64,000 nt of DNA from Chara braunii. Lineage: Eukaryota; Plantae; Charophyceae. The stretch is from positions 1,281,314 through 1,345,313 of the forward strand of contig BFEA01000001.1 in assembly GCA_003427395.1 (NCBI GenBank), read 5' to 3'. Under the pieces are notes generated by a model. The model made no database searches. It was not told the DNA's origin and saw only the letters and a program-made list of their open reading frames with translations. This document shows positions 52,001 through 64,000 of this stretch, in pieces; positions within the stretch are counted from its first letter, which is position 1, and every line of letters begins with the position of its first letter. Position numbers and translations under genes: made by a program.

Positions 52001-54103
52001 GGTGACACAACTATGAAGGAGGGGGAGGGAGAGAAAAACCCGGTGGTGGGGGAGAAAAGGAAACACGTTGAAGACCAAAAGGAGAGAGAGGACACAAAGG
52101 AGGAGCAGGAACACCCAAAGTTTGAGGGCTATCCATGGTCAGGACAACAGGAAAATGAACTCCTTGAATACATTCACTTCTTCGAGAAAAGAAGGCAAGA
52201 CAAGTATGAACTGCAACTTATATTACACAAGGAAGAGCAGAAAAACAAGTAGAAAGCAGAGATCTCCAACCCATCACAGCTAATCCCACTGTCTGAGAAT
52301 CCCTTCGCACCTCTAGAAAGAGAAGAGGAGCTGATAGCTTTCTGTGCAGAAAAATACTGTGCAACGAAAGAAGACCAGGAAATGGAAGTTGGGGAGAACG
52401 GCCCAAGCACACTGAAGGAGGCAACACAGAATAAGGGAAAAAGACTGCCGGCATACAAACCAACTCAGCTCCTAATTGAACAAGAGAAACAAAAGGGGCA
52501 AGAAGAATCAGGCAAGACGCTGACTTCCACCACGCAACTGGGCATCCAAGTCGAGGCCTTGCATGCACAGAATGCACGTCTCACAGATCTGAACAGAGAA
52601 ATGCAACTTCGCACAGTTTCTGTCCTGGATTCGCAGCACAAAGCACACGAAGCTTTCTGGGAAAGGGCCAAAAAGGAAGCAAGTATGCTATTCCCATCTC
52701 GAGCAGTAATCCCCATCCAGAGAGATCCGGTAACAGAGGAATGGAACGTGGCAGTACACGAGGACCTGTCAATACCCAGATGGCAGTTGGGATAAAAGAA
52801 GGAGGATGTGCTAGGAAAGATCAGCAAGGGGAGGGAACCAAACCTTATGGGTTTAGCTGGCAAAACGAAAGAGGCAGAGGTGCCAGGACGAACAGAATCC
52901 TCAGGGGCAAAGAAGGGAAAAAATCACGCACAGTATAACGCTAGACCACTGGTGGTCCGCTTGGACCAAAAGACAGAACTCTCTGAAGACTTAGAATGGA
53001 AACCCTGGTGGTGGATGGAGGCTTTACCAGTCACAACACTGGGGAATGAAACAACCATGACTAAGAACGCAGCTGCACTAGCAACTCTAGTGGAATCATG
53101 TGTCCTCGAACAGGAGGAGAGCGAGCTACCTTCCCTCCCCACTCCACTGGAGGAGGAGACGCTGAGCAGCTCTGAGACCTAAAGAGAGTTCCATAAATTC
53201 AAGGGAAGACTAGTCCAGGTAAACTATGAAACCACCAAGAGAGGACCTAGTGATCCAATCCTGGAATGTGAGGGGATTAACAACTATTCTAACAAACCAA
53301 GAAAAGTGGCACTGTCTGATGAACACAACAGGCTGGAATGGTCCCAACCCCCCAGACATAGTTTGCATACAGGAAACGCATCTAACTAGCACAGATGCAC
53401 ATAGAACAATTGAGAATGAAGTCATCAGAAGGTTAAAAAACTGTGCAGCAGTAGCAATAGCCCATAACCCACAACCATCTTCAGCAGGTGCTCTAACCTT
53501 AATACACAACCAAGCGATAGCGTCGCAACAACTACAAATGAAATCATCTGCGACGGATCCATTCGATGGTAGATGGACAAAAGTAGAGCTAACGCTTAAA
53601 GGCGAAGACATTACAATAATAAACCTATATGCCCCTAATGCGTCAACGGAGAGAACAATATTCTTTGAAGAGTTAGGGAGGCTAATTCAACCACAAACGC
53701 ACACAATTCTGGTAGGCGACTGCAACACAACCCAGAACTCTCAGTTGGACAGAATCTCAAGGGCGGATGAAATCTCGTAAGGCCCAGCGGAGGCAGCCCT
53801 AGCTCAGTTAACAACAAAATATAACCTAATAGACCCCTATAGACTTCCTAACCCGCAAAAAAAAAACTATACATGCATCAAGAAAACAGCTCAGGGTAAA
53901 ACCTCTTTCTCCAGGATAGACTTCTTTCTTATATCGGAATCCTTAGAGGGAGCGATCCTAGACACCATAATAGGTAGAATTCCCCACTATGATGGCTTTG
54001 ACCACAACCCCATCACTATGAACTTGGCTCTAACAGTCGACAACTCTCCCGGAAAAGTTTTTTTAAGTTGAACACCTCACTCCTTAAATTGGAATCATTT
54101 AAA

Positions 54104-55124
54104 CCACCAGTCCATCACCCCCTGTACTGTTCATTTTTTTTGCCGACAAGTACCAAACCAAAATCTACAGTGATCAGGCATGGAGGAGGCTTGGTGGGGG
54201 TGGGGCTGGCGGGCCCACAATTGAAAGAGAGTGCCACTGTGTGACAACCACACCGCACTCGGCACACTCTGCAAGTTTTTGGATGCCTCGTCGTTTCCGT
54301 GAAAACCGCCCTCCCAGCTCAGCAGGGCGGACTGCTGTTCCTCAGTTGGTACACCCAAGAAATGTTGAAATGCAGACCGGAGTTCAAGTCCATCTGCCAT
54401 AAGATTATTTCTCGACTTTCTCGGCGTTTTGGCTAGGGAAGTGCAATCATGACACCTCAAGGCCGTGGCCCTTTCTAAAGAAAAAGGAAGGAAAAAAAAT
54501 ATCAAAAAAAAAAAAAAAAAAAAAAAAAACTGCATACCAACTCAGCAGGGCGGAAAGCTGCATTCGAAACAAAGCAAAGGAAAGAGCCCACAGACATAGA
54601 TCAGGGCAGACTCACAGTAGGAATGTATCTGACTAAAATTACGGTCAGACCTGGATGAATCTGACTGCGATCACGTCCAGAGCTTAGTGGAACAAGAGTT
54701 CGAGCATGCCCTCAGTTGGTACACCGACGAACTCTTGAAATACAGCCCTAAGTTCGAATCCAGATCCAATAGACATAATTCGAAAATACCTGTTGCTCTC
54801 ATTGATGATACCTCGTTTTTTTTTTGTTTTTTTTTTTTTCCAATGATGATACCTCAAGCACGTGGCCCTGTAAAAGCAAAGAAAAAGAAATGCAACCCCA
54901 CAAAAAAAAGCAGACAAACAGAAAATTCGAAAAAAAAAAAATCCAAACAGAATGAACAGGCAGGCTGCAATGATGAGGGCTGCTTGCCTGCCTTTCCTTT
55001 TTGTCACACATGTTGCTGGTACCGGTACCATGTCCCGCGTGGTTGAATCTGCGGTCACTGTAGATGTCAGGCTCGGGCAAATGCACTTTTTGGTTCGGCA
55101 ATTTAGCCTCCGATGGACTGGTGG
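54104..55124. mobile_element. Non-autonomous TIR element in a TTTAAA site
   Basis: 13-bp TIR CCACCAGTCCATC...GATGGACTGGTGG with TTTAAA on both sides (54098-54103 / 55125-55130). Removal restores LINE ORF2 (LESFKPEF). Confidence 0.92.
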
Positions 55125-56604
55125 TTTAAACCGGAATTCAGAACCAAATGGGAAGAAATTAAGGATAAACTGGAAGAGGGGAAGCTAGTGAGAGACCTCC
55201 CTCCTTCCATCCGAGAGGTAAGCCATTGGGCAAGTATTTTCTCAAGACGGGAAGCAAACAAAAGGAAGGCACGACAACAAAGCCTTGAAGCTATGGTTGA
55301 AATAGCCAAATTCAACCTCATCGCTAACTCGGGGGAAGCTTGTACGAACATCTTCTAGAGGAAACACGAACAGAGCTTAGGCAATGGGCTGAGTGGAGAA
55401 GACAGGGACTAGCCATCAGGGCCAGAGTAAAGGACTGGGAAAGCAATGAGAGCATGATGAAATTCTTCTTCCAAAAGATTAAATCAGTCCACAGGAATAG
55501 TAGGATACAAGCCTTAAGGGATACCCTAGGAAACACGCAGACGTCACAGGAAGCAATATTGAAAGTAGCTGCAGGCTTCTATCAGAACCTATACGCATTT
55601 AAAACCTTCCTTGAAAACCCAAGCAACGTGCGTAGCTGCAGGCTTCTATCAGAACCTATACGCATCTAAAACCTTCCTTGAAAACCCAAGCAACGTGCGA
55701 AAAGCCAGAGAGAAATTCCTAAAATATCTAGATAAAAGTCTCAATCAGGAAGCAACAAACCTCTTAGAAAAGGAAATCACAAACGAAGAACTTTTTGAAG
55801 CACTCAGGAGTATGCAACCCAATAAAACCCCAGGTAACGATGGACTCCCGAAAGAGTTCTGGCAAGCAAATTGGCACCTAGTAGGGGAATTTGTTACCGC
55901 CTTTTTCAAAGAGGCCTTTACTAAAGGATCTATAGGACAGGACCTGAGCACGAGCATAGTCACTCTACTATACAAGAAAGGAGATCGCGAAGGCATTAGA
56001 AATTATAGTCCCATAACCCTTTTACCATTAATATACAAAATACTAGCTAAAACCCTAGCCAATAGAATCAAGAATGTTACAGACAAATGCTTCCACATAG
56101 ACCAAACAGGTTTCATACCAGGAAGATATATTTCAGATAATGTAGTAACACTAAACAAAGCCACCAAGATCATAAAAGATAAAAGAGTACATGCAGCTAT
56201 ATTATTCTTTGACTTCGAAAAGGCCTATGATCAGGTAAATTGGGATTTCCTTCAACAGAGTATGGAAAAGATGGGAGTAGGACCAAATTTCAGAAGATGG
56301 GTAAGAGTTCTATATGGAGACGCCAGAGGTATGGTACAGGTTAACGGACACCTCTCAGAGAAATATGAAACGACCAGATCCGTAAGACAGGGTGATCCAC
56401 TCGCAGCACCAATTTTCCTCTTCGTGATGGAAGCAATAGCAGCCTACCTCCGCAAGGACCCATCAATAGAAAGACTAGTAGTCCAGCAAGACGGAAGATC
56501 ACTCGCTATTCCCACAACTATACTATTCGCAGACGACCTGACTGTCCTCATTAGAGCGTCCGACTCTTCGTTCCAAGCTCTCACATGAGCAATGCAAGCC
56601 TTCC

Positions 56605-57176
56605 TTTTTTTTTTTTTTTTTGACAAACACACCCCGGCCAGTGTTAGAGGTGCTGATAAGAGAAGACACCACTAACACCTGGGGAGAGGCTCCATCTATT
56701 GGTGGGGAGCATCACCTGCTGGGAAACGGGCCCAGCGTCCCATATACAGATTGAATTTGCAGCATGTCAGAGCCATAAACATTGTGGAAGAGTCATGTCA
56801 GCATTGATTACCCTAGCATCGAGGGGATTGACGGAGCAGGAGGTACGGGAGGGGGGCAACCTCTACACCTTGAAACCGGCGCCAGATACCTACTGTAACT
56901 CTCTAGTTCCTCCCTTCCTTCACCCAGTTTGAAATGTCACTTCCCACCGCTGGAAACCAGGTCCAGCGTCCCATTTATACATCCTGTAGCACTTTTTTAA
57001 TAGAACCTGAGTTTCCGCCAGCATTGATTACCTTGGGTTCCAGGGGCCGCCTCTTCCATCAGCCTTATCTGGTTCCTGTTCCTGTACAATCAGTCAGCAC
57101 CGTACCATTGCATATCCACCATTGCCAGCTGGTGGGGCGGGAAGGGGTCGGGGAAGTCTGTGGCGGGTCGCAGCGG
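56605..57176 (-). mobile_element. Short poly(A) retro-insertion (SINE-like or LINE 3' fragment)
   Basis: T-run at 56605-56621 and a 14-bp TSD AATGCAAGCCTTCC (56591-56604 / 57177-57190). Confidence 0.93.
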
Positions 57177-60100
57177 AATGCAAGCCTTCCAATTAGCATC
57201 AGAAATGAAAATCAACTAGAACAAGACAATAGGTTGGTGGTTAGCTCCCTCCCAACCCCCCCAACAAACCCAAGACACACAAGGACTACAATGGCTTGAC
57301 CCACAGCAGCCGATGCGCTTCCTAGGGATCCAAATATCGTCTGAAGGAACCAGCAACTCCTCAGGAACCAGCCTCCTACTCAAAATGGCGAACAGACTTG
57401 CAGGGTGGCAAGCAGCCAACGTATCACTCATGGGAAGAGCTTTAGTACTCAATACTTCAATTCTATCCACAGGATGGTATGTGGCTTCCCTCTGGAACCC
57501 ACCAGCAAGCTTTTTCGCAAGTCTCAAAAAAAACTGGGGTCCTACCTTTGGACTGGGAAGGCCGAAAACGAACATTGCATCTCTAAAGTGGCCTGGAAAT
57601 ACATCACCAAACCCAAACTTCAAGGAGGATTGGGACTTTTAAACCCCGCAATACAATTTCAAGCACTGCAACACAAGTGGGTAATAAAACTCCTGTTCAA
57701 TAGAGAGCTGCCATGGCATGAGATGGCCCTTCACCAGATCCGAAACCTAGTACCCTTCAAGGTAGACCCTTCCATAGAAGGGTACCATTGGATCCTCAAC
57801 CCCTCTTGGAACCCAAGAAGAAAAGAGGGGGGGAGACAAGCAAAAGACAAAGATCCCACAAGCGAGCACTGGGCCACACTAATAAAACACTGGAGGACCT
57901 GCTTCCCGCAAAAAATAAGAACACCAAGAATAAGAGAAGAAGTACTAAGGCAACCGCTTTTGGGGAATCCCTTGCTAACGGACCAAAATCATAAACCATG
58001 GTCCTCAAACACAAAAGGCAAACATTGGAGGAAGTGGATGAGCAAGGAAGTGTGGAAAATAGAACATATATGGAACTCAGAGGAAAACAGAAGGCTGACA
58101 ACGCAAGACCTCAGAACTAAACTCAAAGGGATTCACAAACTGAAAGAACAGTTAGTAAGCCTACTGGAAAGCGTCCCATTGAAATGGATTCTCCTCCTGA
58201 AAAGCAAAAAAAAGTGGACAGTGGGGGACTGGGCCACAAAAACAGAATCTGAAACAGACCCCCCAACCATTGCTTATAAACTGCTCCAAATAACAGATGT
58301 AGAGGATGGGAAAGCAGACTTCGCCGCGTATGAACTAGCGGAAGAACACAAATCTTGGGTAAGACCAGTCAGGGTAATAGAACCAAGGACAACGGAAAAG
58401 CTCAATACCCTAAAAAAGGTACGTTCACGTACACTCAAAAAGCACAGAAAACAAAACCCTACTAACCAACTTGATCTAAATGGAACTCGGCTATACAGAC
58501 CAGACTTAGACATCAAAGATCTAGAAGTGGACCCAGCGGAATGGGGGTGGATGGTACCTAGCACTTCGGGGAGAGCCAAAAAGCTCACCCCAATATATGA
58601 TTATGAAGTTAAAACAGGCTACAAACTGGGCAATCTCACAAAGGATCCTCTCCCAGTAATCTCAGACAGGTGGAAAAGAAACTTGGGCGAAAACGCAGGT
58701 TGGACAAATAAAATCCCATGGAGCCAGTACACAAACATAAGACCGGTAAGGATCAGAAGTCTACAGTGGCTCATACTATATTGGGCAGTGCCAGTCAACC
58801 AATGGTTGGCTAAAAGGAGAAAACAGGAAGATCCCCAACAACAAATGTCCCTCTGCAAAGTGTGTAATGACCATGCTGAAGAATCTCTGGTCCACTGCGT
58901 AATATCCTGCCAACAAGCACAAGAAGTGTGGATAAAAACAAAAAACCTCTGGCAAAAGCTAACGAACCATAATCTCCCCAGTAATCCACTGTATCTGCTA
59001 ACGGGAAGACTGGAAAGCAAAGAACTAGAAGAAGGTGCAGTGTTAATGGCAGACCTACAACGCTCTGGGCAATCTGGAAAGCAAGGTGCAAAGGCACTTT
59101 AGAAGGACAATTGTCAACCTTAGAAGATAAATGGGTTGAAATAAAAAACATAATACAAACGGAAGTAAGAGCATGTTGGATCAAAGAACAAAAAGAACAA
59201 CAGAAGATAATACTACCAGACAAAAAAGAATTGAGTCTGAGAAAATTTTAAAAAATATGGCTTTTAGAGAACAAAATCGCAAAAATAGGTGAGGTACTCT
59301 ACTCTTCACAAACTGGGACTAACAACAAGGCTCTACCTTATTTCCACCCACCCACTGCGTTTCCACAACTCCGGACTCGACTAAACCACAACACTTCCCG
59401 TCAACCACCGCCCCAATGCAGTTTGCACCTACTATCCCCAGCACGATCTAGCACACATCCCCCATTAAAAAAGGATCAGAGGGATGCAGCGACTGATTGC
59501 ACACGAACCCCTACTGGTGAACCAATGACTGCACACTAGACGGAAAGCTGCGGACCCGGATAGCCAAGAGCTATGAACAGTTTGCACAGAATGAGGGACA
59601 AAAGAGGTGGATCACTGTTTACTGGCGTGTAAAGAGACGACAGAATACTAGAAGAGAGCTACATCACTCCGGGTCTCCCTGTTCACGTCTCCCTTCCCTG
59701 ATCAACCCACAACTGCTCCTCTTGACTAACATCCCGGATCAGACACAGAAGACAGAAGGGACCAGTGTTGTATTCATCAGGAAAGTGTCCCTTTGGGGCA
59801 GATGGAAGGAGAAATGCAGCAGAACAGCTGAGCGACTGCCCAACCCACGGGGGAAGGCGCAGACAGAAACCAGAACAACGATTCAAGCTGAGATCCTTTG
59901 CAGACGGTGGAAGATCAAATAAACCTGGACAGAAGGGGAAGAACAGCACTAAAAGGAGAGGCAGACTTTTTATAAGAATGGGCTGGAAAAAGGCAAGGAT
60001 GTTTAATGCTACAGGACCAGATCATGCTGGAGAGTTTGGCACAGTACTCCAGAAAGAGGCTTTCAACAACAGATAACGTTTGAAGGCATATTCACATCTT

Positions 60101-60674
60101 TGGTCGCAAATGAAGGTATACAACTCTCAAGAGGCCCAGAGGGTACAGACAAAGAGGGAGCGTGGGGGAAAGGAGGATAAATTGGGGAGAGCGACTACAC
60201 CAGAGCAAGAACGAGGGTTGCAAAGAAGGATTTCATCACAGAAGTCCGAAAGCAAATGAAGCCCCGCCAGGTCCAAGGTGGAAGATCGGAAGACAGGACC
60301 GCAGGCGAAAGTTTTAGGGTTTAAGGACAGATCGTTGATCATCCAAAGGGTCAGGGAGATGAGTGGGGAGGGAACAGGTCGACAAGGACAACGGATGAGC
60401 TCTTTCTAGGGTCAAGGGCGCTATCTGGCAGATCTGGTACCCAGGTCTGAGAGGAAAGAGAGGGACAGGGCAAGCTGACAGTCAATCCTCCACCGCAGTG
60501 GAGTAATCAATGCTGTTCAGGGGTCCTTCGGCCTGACGGAAGGAAGCGTGTGTGAGTGTTTATTGATGTAATGTACTTTTGACTTGCCGGTGGAATAGGA
60601 ACCGGACTGACGCTCCCCGGAATAGAAGGAGCCAGGTCCATAAGGCCCTGTTTTATATATATAAAAAAAAAAAA

Positions 60675-61727
60675 GCCTACAGTTGCCCTAACTGCGAATA
60701 GCAGGCCCGGGCTACCCCTAGGACAGACAGGCCGTATGGGCCCAAGCTGATAGACGGTCCTATAGCCTATAGCCAGGTAGGGAGAGGCCCCAGAGGCCAA
60801 AATTGAAACGGTACCGGTCGGTCCAGACAGTCCGGTCTAGGTCGTGTCTAGGCTAGTGTAGATTATAGATAGGATGGGGACATTGAATCAGGGCTTTTGG
60901 CAGTTGGTACTGTGTACGTCGCTGCTGTGCAACGCGTGAACTGGACGTGGTGACAGCTTCAGCGTTGGAGGAGACGAACATAGCCAGATCTGCGGAGTGG
61001 TGGCCATAGCTGGGACCGACACTGTACTCTGACAGCACGTGGGGCTGTCCAGAGGTCTGGGTTAAGTCTGCTGGAGGCGAGAGAAGTTGGAGCCCTGCTG
61101 AACCCTCCTCAGGAGTAGTGTGTCAGAGTGTGCTTCCTCAGAGATCATCGTGTCAGCGGAGGTGGTGCTGCTGTAGACTTCCACCCTGGAAGTCATCCAA
61201 CACTTCATCATTGTCAGATACTGTGGTGCTGGTCTTTTTCTTCATCCTCTGAGTGGCGCCTGGCCTCAGAGGCCAATTTCAGGGTGGCGCTTCCCTCTGG
61301 AGGGTGTATCTGGGTGGCACTTGATGTTTCAGGGACTCAGAGGTAGTAAACAGCGGTTCGTGAGCAGCGCACCATAGTTCTATCTGGGTGGCACTTGGGG
61401 AGTGAAGCGTTGCTCATCCCTGAGCAGCGCACCATGGGGTTATTCTGGCAATTCGAGACTCTGAGTTTAATAAACAGTGTTGATACTGAGTTTGGACTAT
61501 CATTGTTTCATTGTTTCCTGGATGTGATCTACTCGGCTTTCCTTTGTGACTGGTTGTGAGGATTTTGTGGAGCAACTTGCACTGTTAGTGCTCTCTGTCA
61601 TATCACATGGTTAAGTCTTCCACTGTGTTTCTCTCTCCCTATGTGTTGTGATACTCCCATCCTCTCCCCTTCCTTCTGTGTATGTATGGGCATACCTGGA
61701 AGTTTAAGTGAGCGAGTGTTAGTCATT
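60675..61727 (+). mobile_element. LTR-like sequence hosting a nested element
   Basis: GGCC/CCTACAG-rich start in the style of the LTRs at 6640 and 27142; non-coding. Confidence 0.45.
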
Positions 61728-62494
61728 TGATAACAAGCAACCAGGACCATAACAAACTGGTCATACGTCCTCCGAAAGGTCAGTACGCCGTGGCTAGAGT
61801 AGTGCTCGAAGAGTCAACTTGACCTCTCGCAGGTTGAAAAGGCAGTCTGTCGATCTCCGAAAGGTCACGAGTTCCAAGTCAACACCGAAGGGGCAAGTGA
61901 AAAGGCAGTCCCAGTCCAGTCCGTTTTGCAGCAAGTATCAGAGTGGGACTGCACATCTTGAGGACCTGGGACATCGGACAGGCCCAGACCACCAAACAAA
62001 ACAGTATAAATAAAGAGGCAGCGATCAGTCATGCACTCATTATCTGGGGAACTACGCGGAAGCGCTGCTCGAGTGACTTGTGCGCTGAGTTCACCGGTGG
62101 TCCGCAAGAGAGCCCGAAGGTGGAAGAGGACAAGCGGCCATAGCCGCTAGAAAGGAAGAAGACGACGGCGGCCATAGCCGCCAGTGTGACGAGTTAGTAG
62201 TTAGTTTGTGTGTATATGCAGACATTCAGGGGAGATCCAAGTGTTGTGTGCGTTTGTGCGGGTGGGAATTCCAGACTGGGGTTCTGACACCATAGCCATG
62301 AAATGTAACAAGTTGTTTTGAGCTGAGTTCGTGGTTGATGGCCATATCTCTGAGTTTTTTTGTGTGGGCGCACCGCGCTATCTCAAGTCTGTTGCTGATC
62401 CTGCGCCTGTGGACGTTACTGTTGCCATCGCCAGCTGCATGCATGCATGTTGCACGTGAGGTCAAGACAAGACTGATTGCAGTGGTATCAGAGC
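61728..62494 (+). mobile_element. 5' LTR (TG...CA, start tentative) followed by a tRNA-iMet primer-binding site
   Basis: TGATAAC start, TATAAATA near 62005, end ...TTGCA at 62481, and PBS TGGTATCAGAGC at 62483-62494. Confidence 0.8.
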
Positions 62495-63749
62495 AGGTTC
62501 ACGTTGTTTGTGCAAGCATCGTGGAGTTCGAAGAGAAGGAAGGAGCCAACTGACACAAAGAAGGAGATGATGATGACGATGAGAGAGAGACGCGTGTGAG
62601 GGAAGAAGACCGCCATAGCAGACGACGGCCATAGCTGCCAGCTTGGAGAAGAAAAAGAACGACGATGAAAGAGAAGTGACGGGAGAGGAGAGAGGTGACG
62701 AAGAAGAAGGTGATAGCAGCCATAGCCGACAAAGAAGAAGAAGAAGTCGGCCATAGCCGAGCTCGAGGACGAAGAAGAAGAGGGTGAAGTAAACGAAGGA
62801 GACGAAGAGAGAGAAAGCCACCATAGCTGGATGGTCTAAGAGTTGACCAGCGAGAGTTAACCGGTGAGCGTAGACCGGCAAGCATTGACCGCCATGGTTG
62901 ACTAAGTTGACCATTGACCAAGCTTGGAGTGCGGAGCGAGGAGCAGTTCAATCTCTTCAAGGCTTGACCCTTGTCCTTTTATGCTCTGTGGATGTTGCAT
63001 ATTCATCTTCGTACTTGCTGCAGTCAAATTTGTCTTGTAGAGTCTGGCATCTCTTTCTGCATTGAGTCACACCTGTCCAGGTTGTGGTAGGTTCCATGCA
63101 TGTGGTCTGATAGAGGTTGAGGGGCCGACGCCTGCACGGGACTTAGTAGGCGTGAGGTGTATCTGACGCTAGACTATTTGGGGAAAAGCCCCCAAGGACT
63201 GGTACAGACCGCCAGGCTGCTCTGGGTGGTACACTATACCTGAACTCTGAGCTGCAGATCACGCGTCCAGTCTGTCTAAGTCTTGAGAGAACTCTGGCTG
63301 TTATCGTCATCCTCACTATGATGTCAAATAATTCCTGAGGAGCTATGGGGGATTTCCTTAAATGCATGCTGATCAACCAGTAGTTCTATAGTGACAAACT
63401 AGTAACAGTATAGTCTCGAGTAGCTGACATAGGGCCAATTGGAAGCCAAAGCCAGACAGGATTGAACTGTGGGCGCACAAGCATCCGACGGTTGTGGAAA
63501 GAATGGACTGTGGTTGTGAAAGCATCTGACAGCAGTGGTAGCCTGGCTAAGGTGGAAGAGAGAACGTTTGTAGTCCTCTAAGCAAACAGTGCCTATGTGG
63601 GTTGATCTAAGTGCTGAGTGGAATTGTTTGTAATTGTGCCCTTGTCCAACATGGACGACTAACCCTTGTTCGCCTTCATAATGGGCCTCTCCCTTTGGGG
63701 GCCCTTGCTCCATTTCCTCTTTCCGTTGGGATTCTGGAGGACCGTTCGC

Positions 63750-64000
63750 TGTGATGCGACTACCCAGCCCGGACTCCAGACTCGTCCGTATAGTAAGAAC
63801 AGGAGGAGAAGGCTGCTGCGATTCTCCGGGAGCATGAGAGAAAGGAGAAGAAAGCTCTCGAGAAACAGACCAAAAAATTGGCCTTGCTGGAAGAAGCGTC
63901 CAGAAAAGGGGAGATGGAGGCATGGAAGAAGGAACAGGAGGCGAAGTTGGCCAAAGAATTGGCCGAAGAAGAAGAAGAGGGGAAAAAAAGTGAAGAAGAG
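63750..64000 (+). pseudogene. Probable start of a degenerate gypsy gag-like coiled-coil ORF
   Basis: Frameshifted PGLQTRPYS..QEEKAAAILRE..KLALLEE..KLAKELAEEEE, a charged helical sequence like the gag N-terminus at 20627. Confidence 0.4.

Larger units (their letters stand above)
49620..60674 (+). mobile_element. Near full-length L1/Tx1-clade LINE, degenerate, with two nested insertions (5' end approximate)
   Basis: C-rich 5' region; ORF1 from ~50721 with a degenerate knuckle CFKWRQRGHLGTDASCP; ORF2 from 53226 to ~59240 (SWNVRGL, IQETH, NLYAPN, KTPGNDGL, FDFEKAYD, RQGDPL, FADD, CKVC..HCVISC); conserved tail and A-run ending at 60674. Confidence 0.93.

Noticed and set aside
55565-55698. 67-bp tandem duplication in LINE ORF2
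   Set aside because: It is a simple frameshifting duplication or assembly slip in an already dead element.

Overview
This is a eukaryotic, transposon-saturated draft-assembly window with many N gaps and one Nextera mate-pair adapter artefact at 2131-2163. It is probably a streptophyte green alga such as Chara; that is an inference from the plant-type U6 sequence, a Pol IV/V-like gene, chromoviral Ty3/gypsy elements and very large introns. The only host gene I can support is a minus-strand RNA polymerase largest subunit (exons 29926-29744 and 6434-4128). It has an intact NADFDGD Metal A site but the foot-domain deletion typical of plant Pol IV/V (NRPD1/NRPE1). Its ~23.3 kb predicted intron is a nest of elements: a gypsy element, an L1/Tx1-clade LINE whose 3' end is fused to a near-intact U6 snRNA, a hAT-like transposon inside that LINE carrying six U6-derived segments (two form a 51-bp hairpin), and a MITE with an 8-bp target-site duplication (TSD). 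The right half holds two ~91-93 bp satellites, a PIF/Harbinger element with a TTA TSD inserted in one satellite, a second LINE with two nested insertions, and nested LTRs with a tRNA-iMet primer-binding site (PBS). The best candidates for novelty are the U6-array hAT-like element with atypical ends, the LINE-then-U6 chimera, the transitional Pol II to Pol IV/V subunit, a conserved structured LINE 3' RNA module, and recurrent GC-CAUA-GC hairpins in LTR/leader regions.
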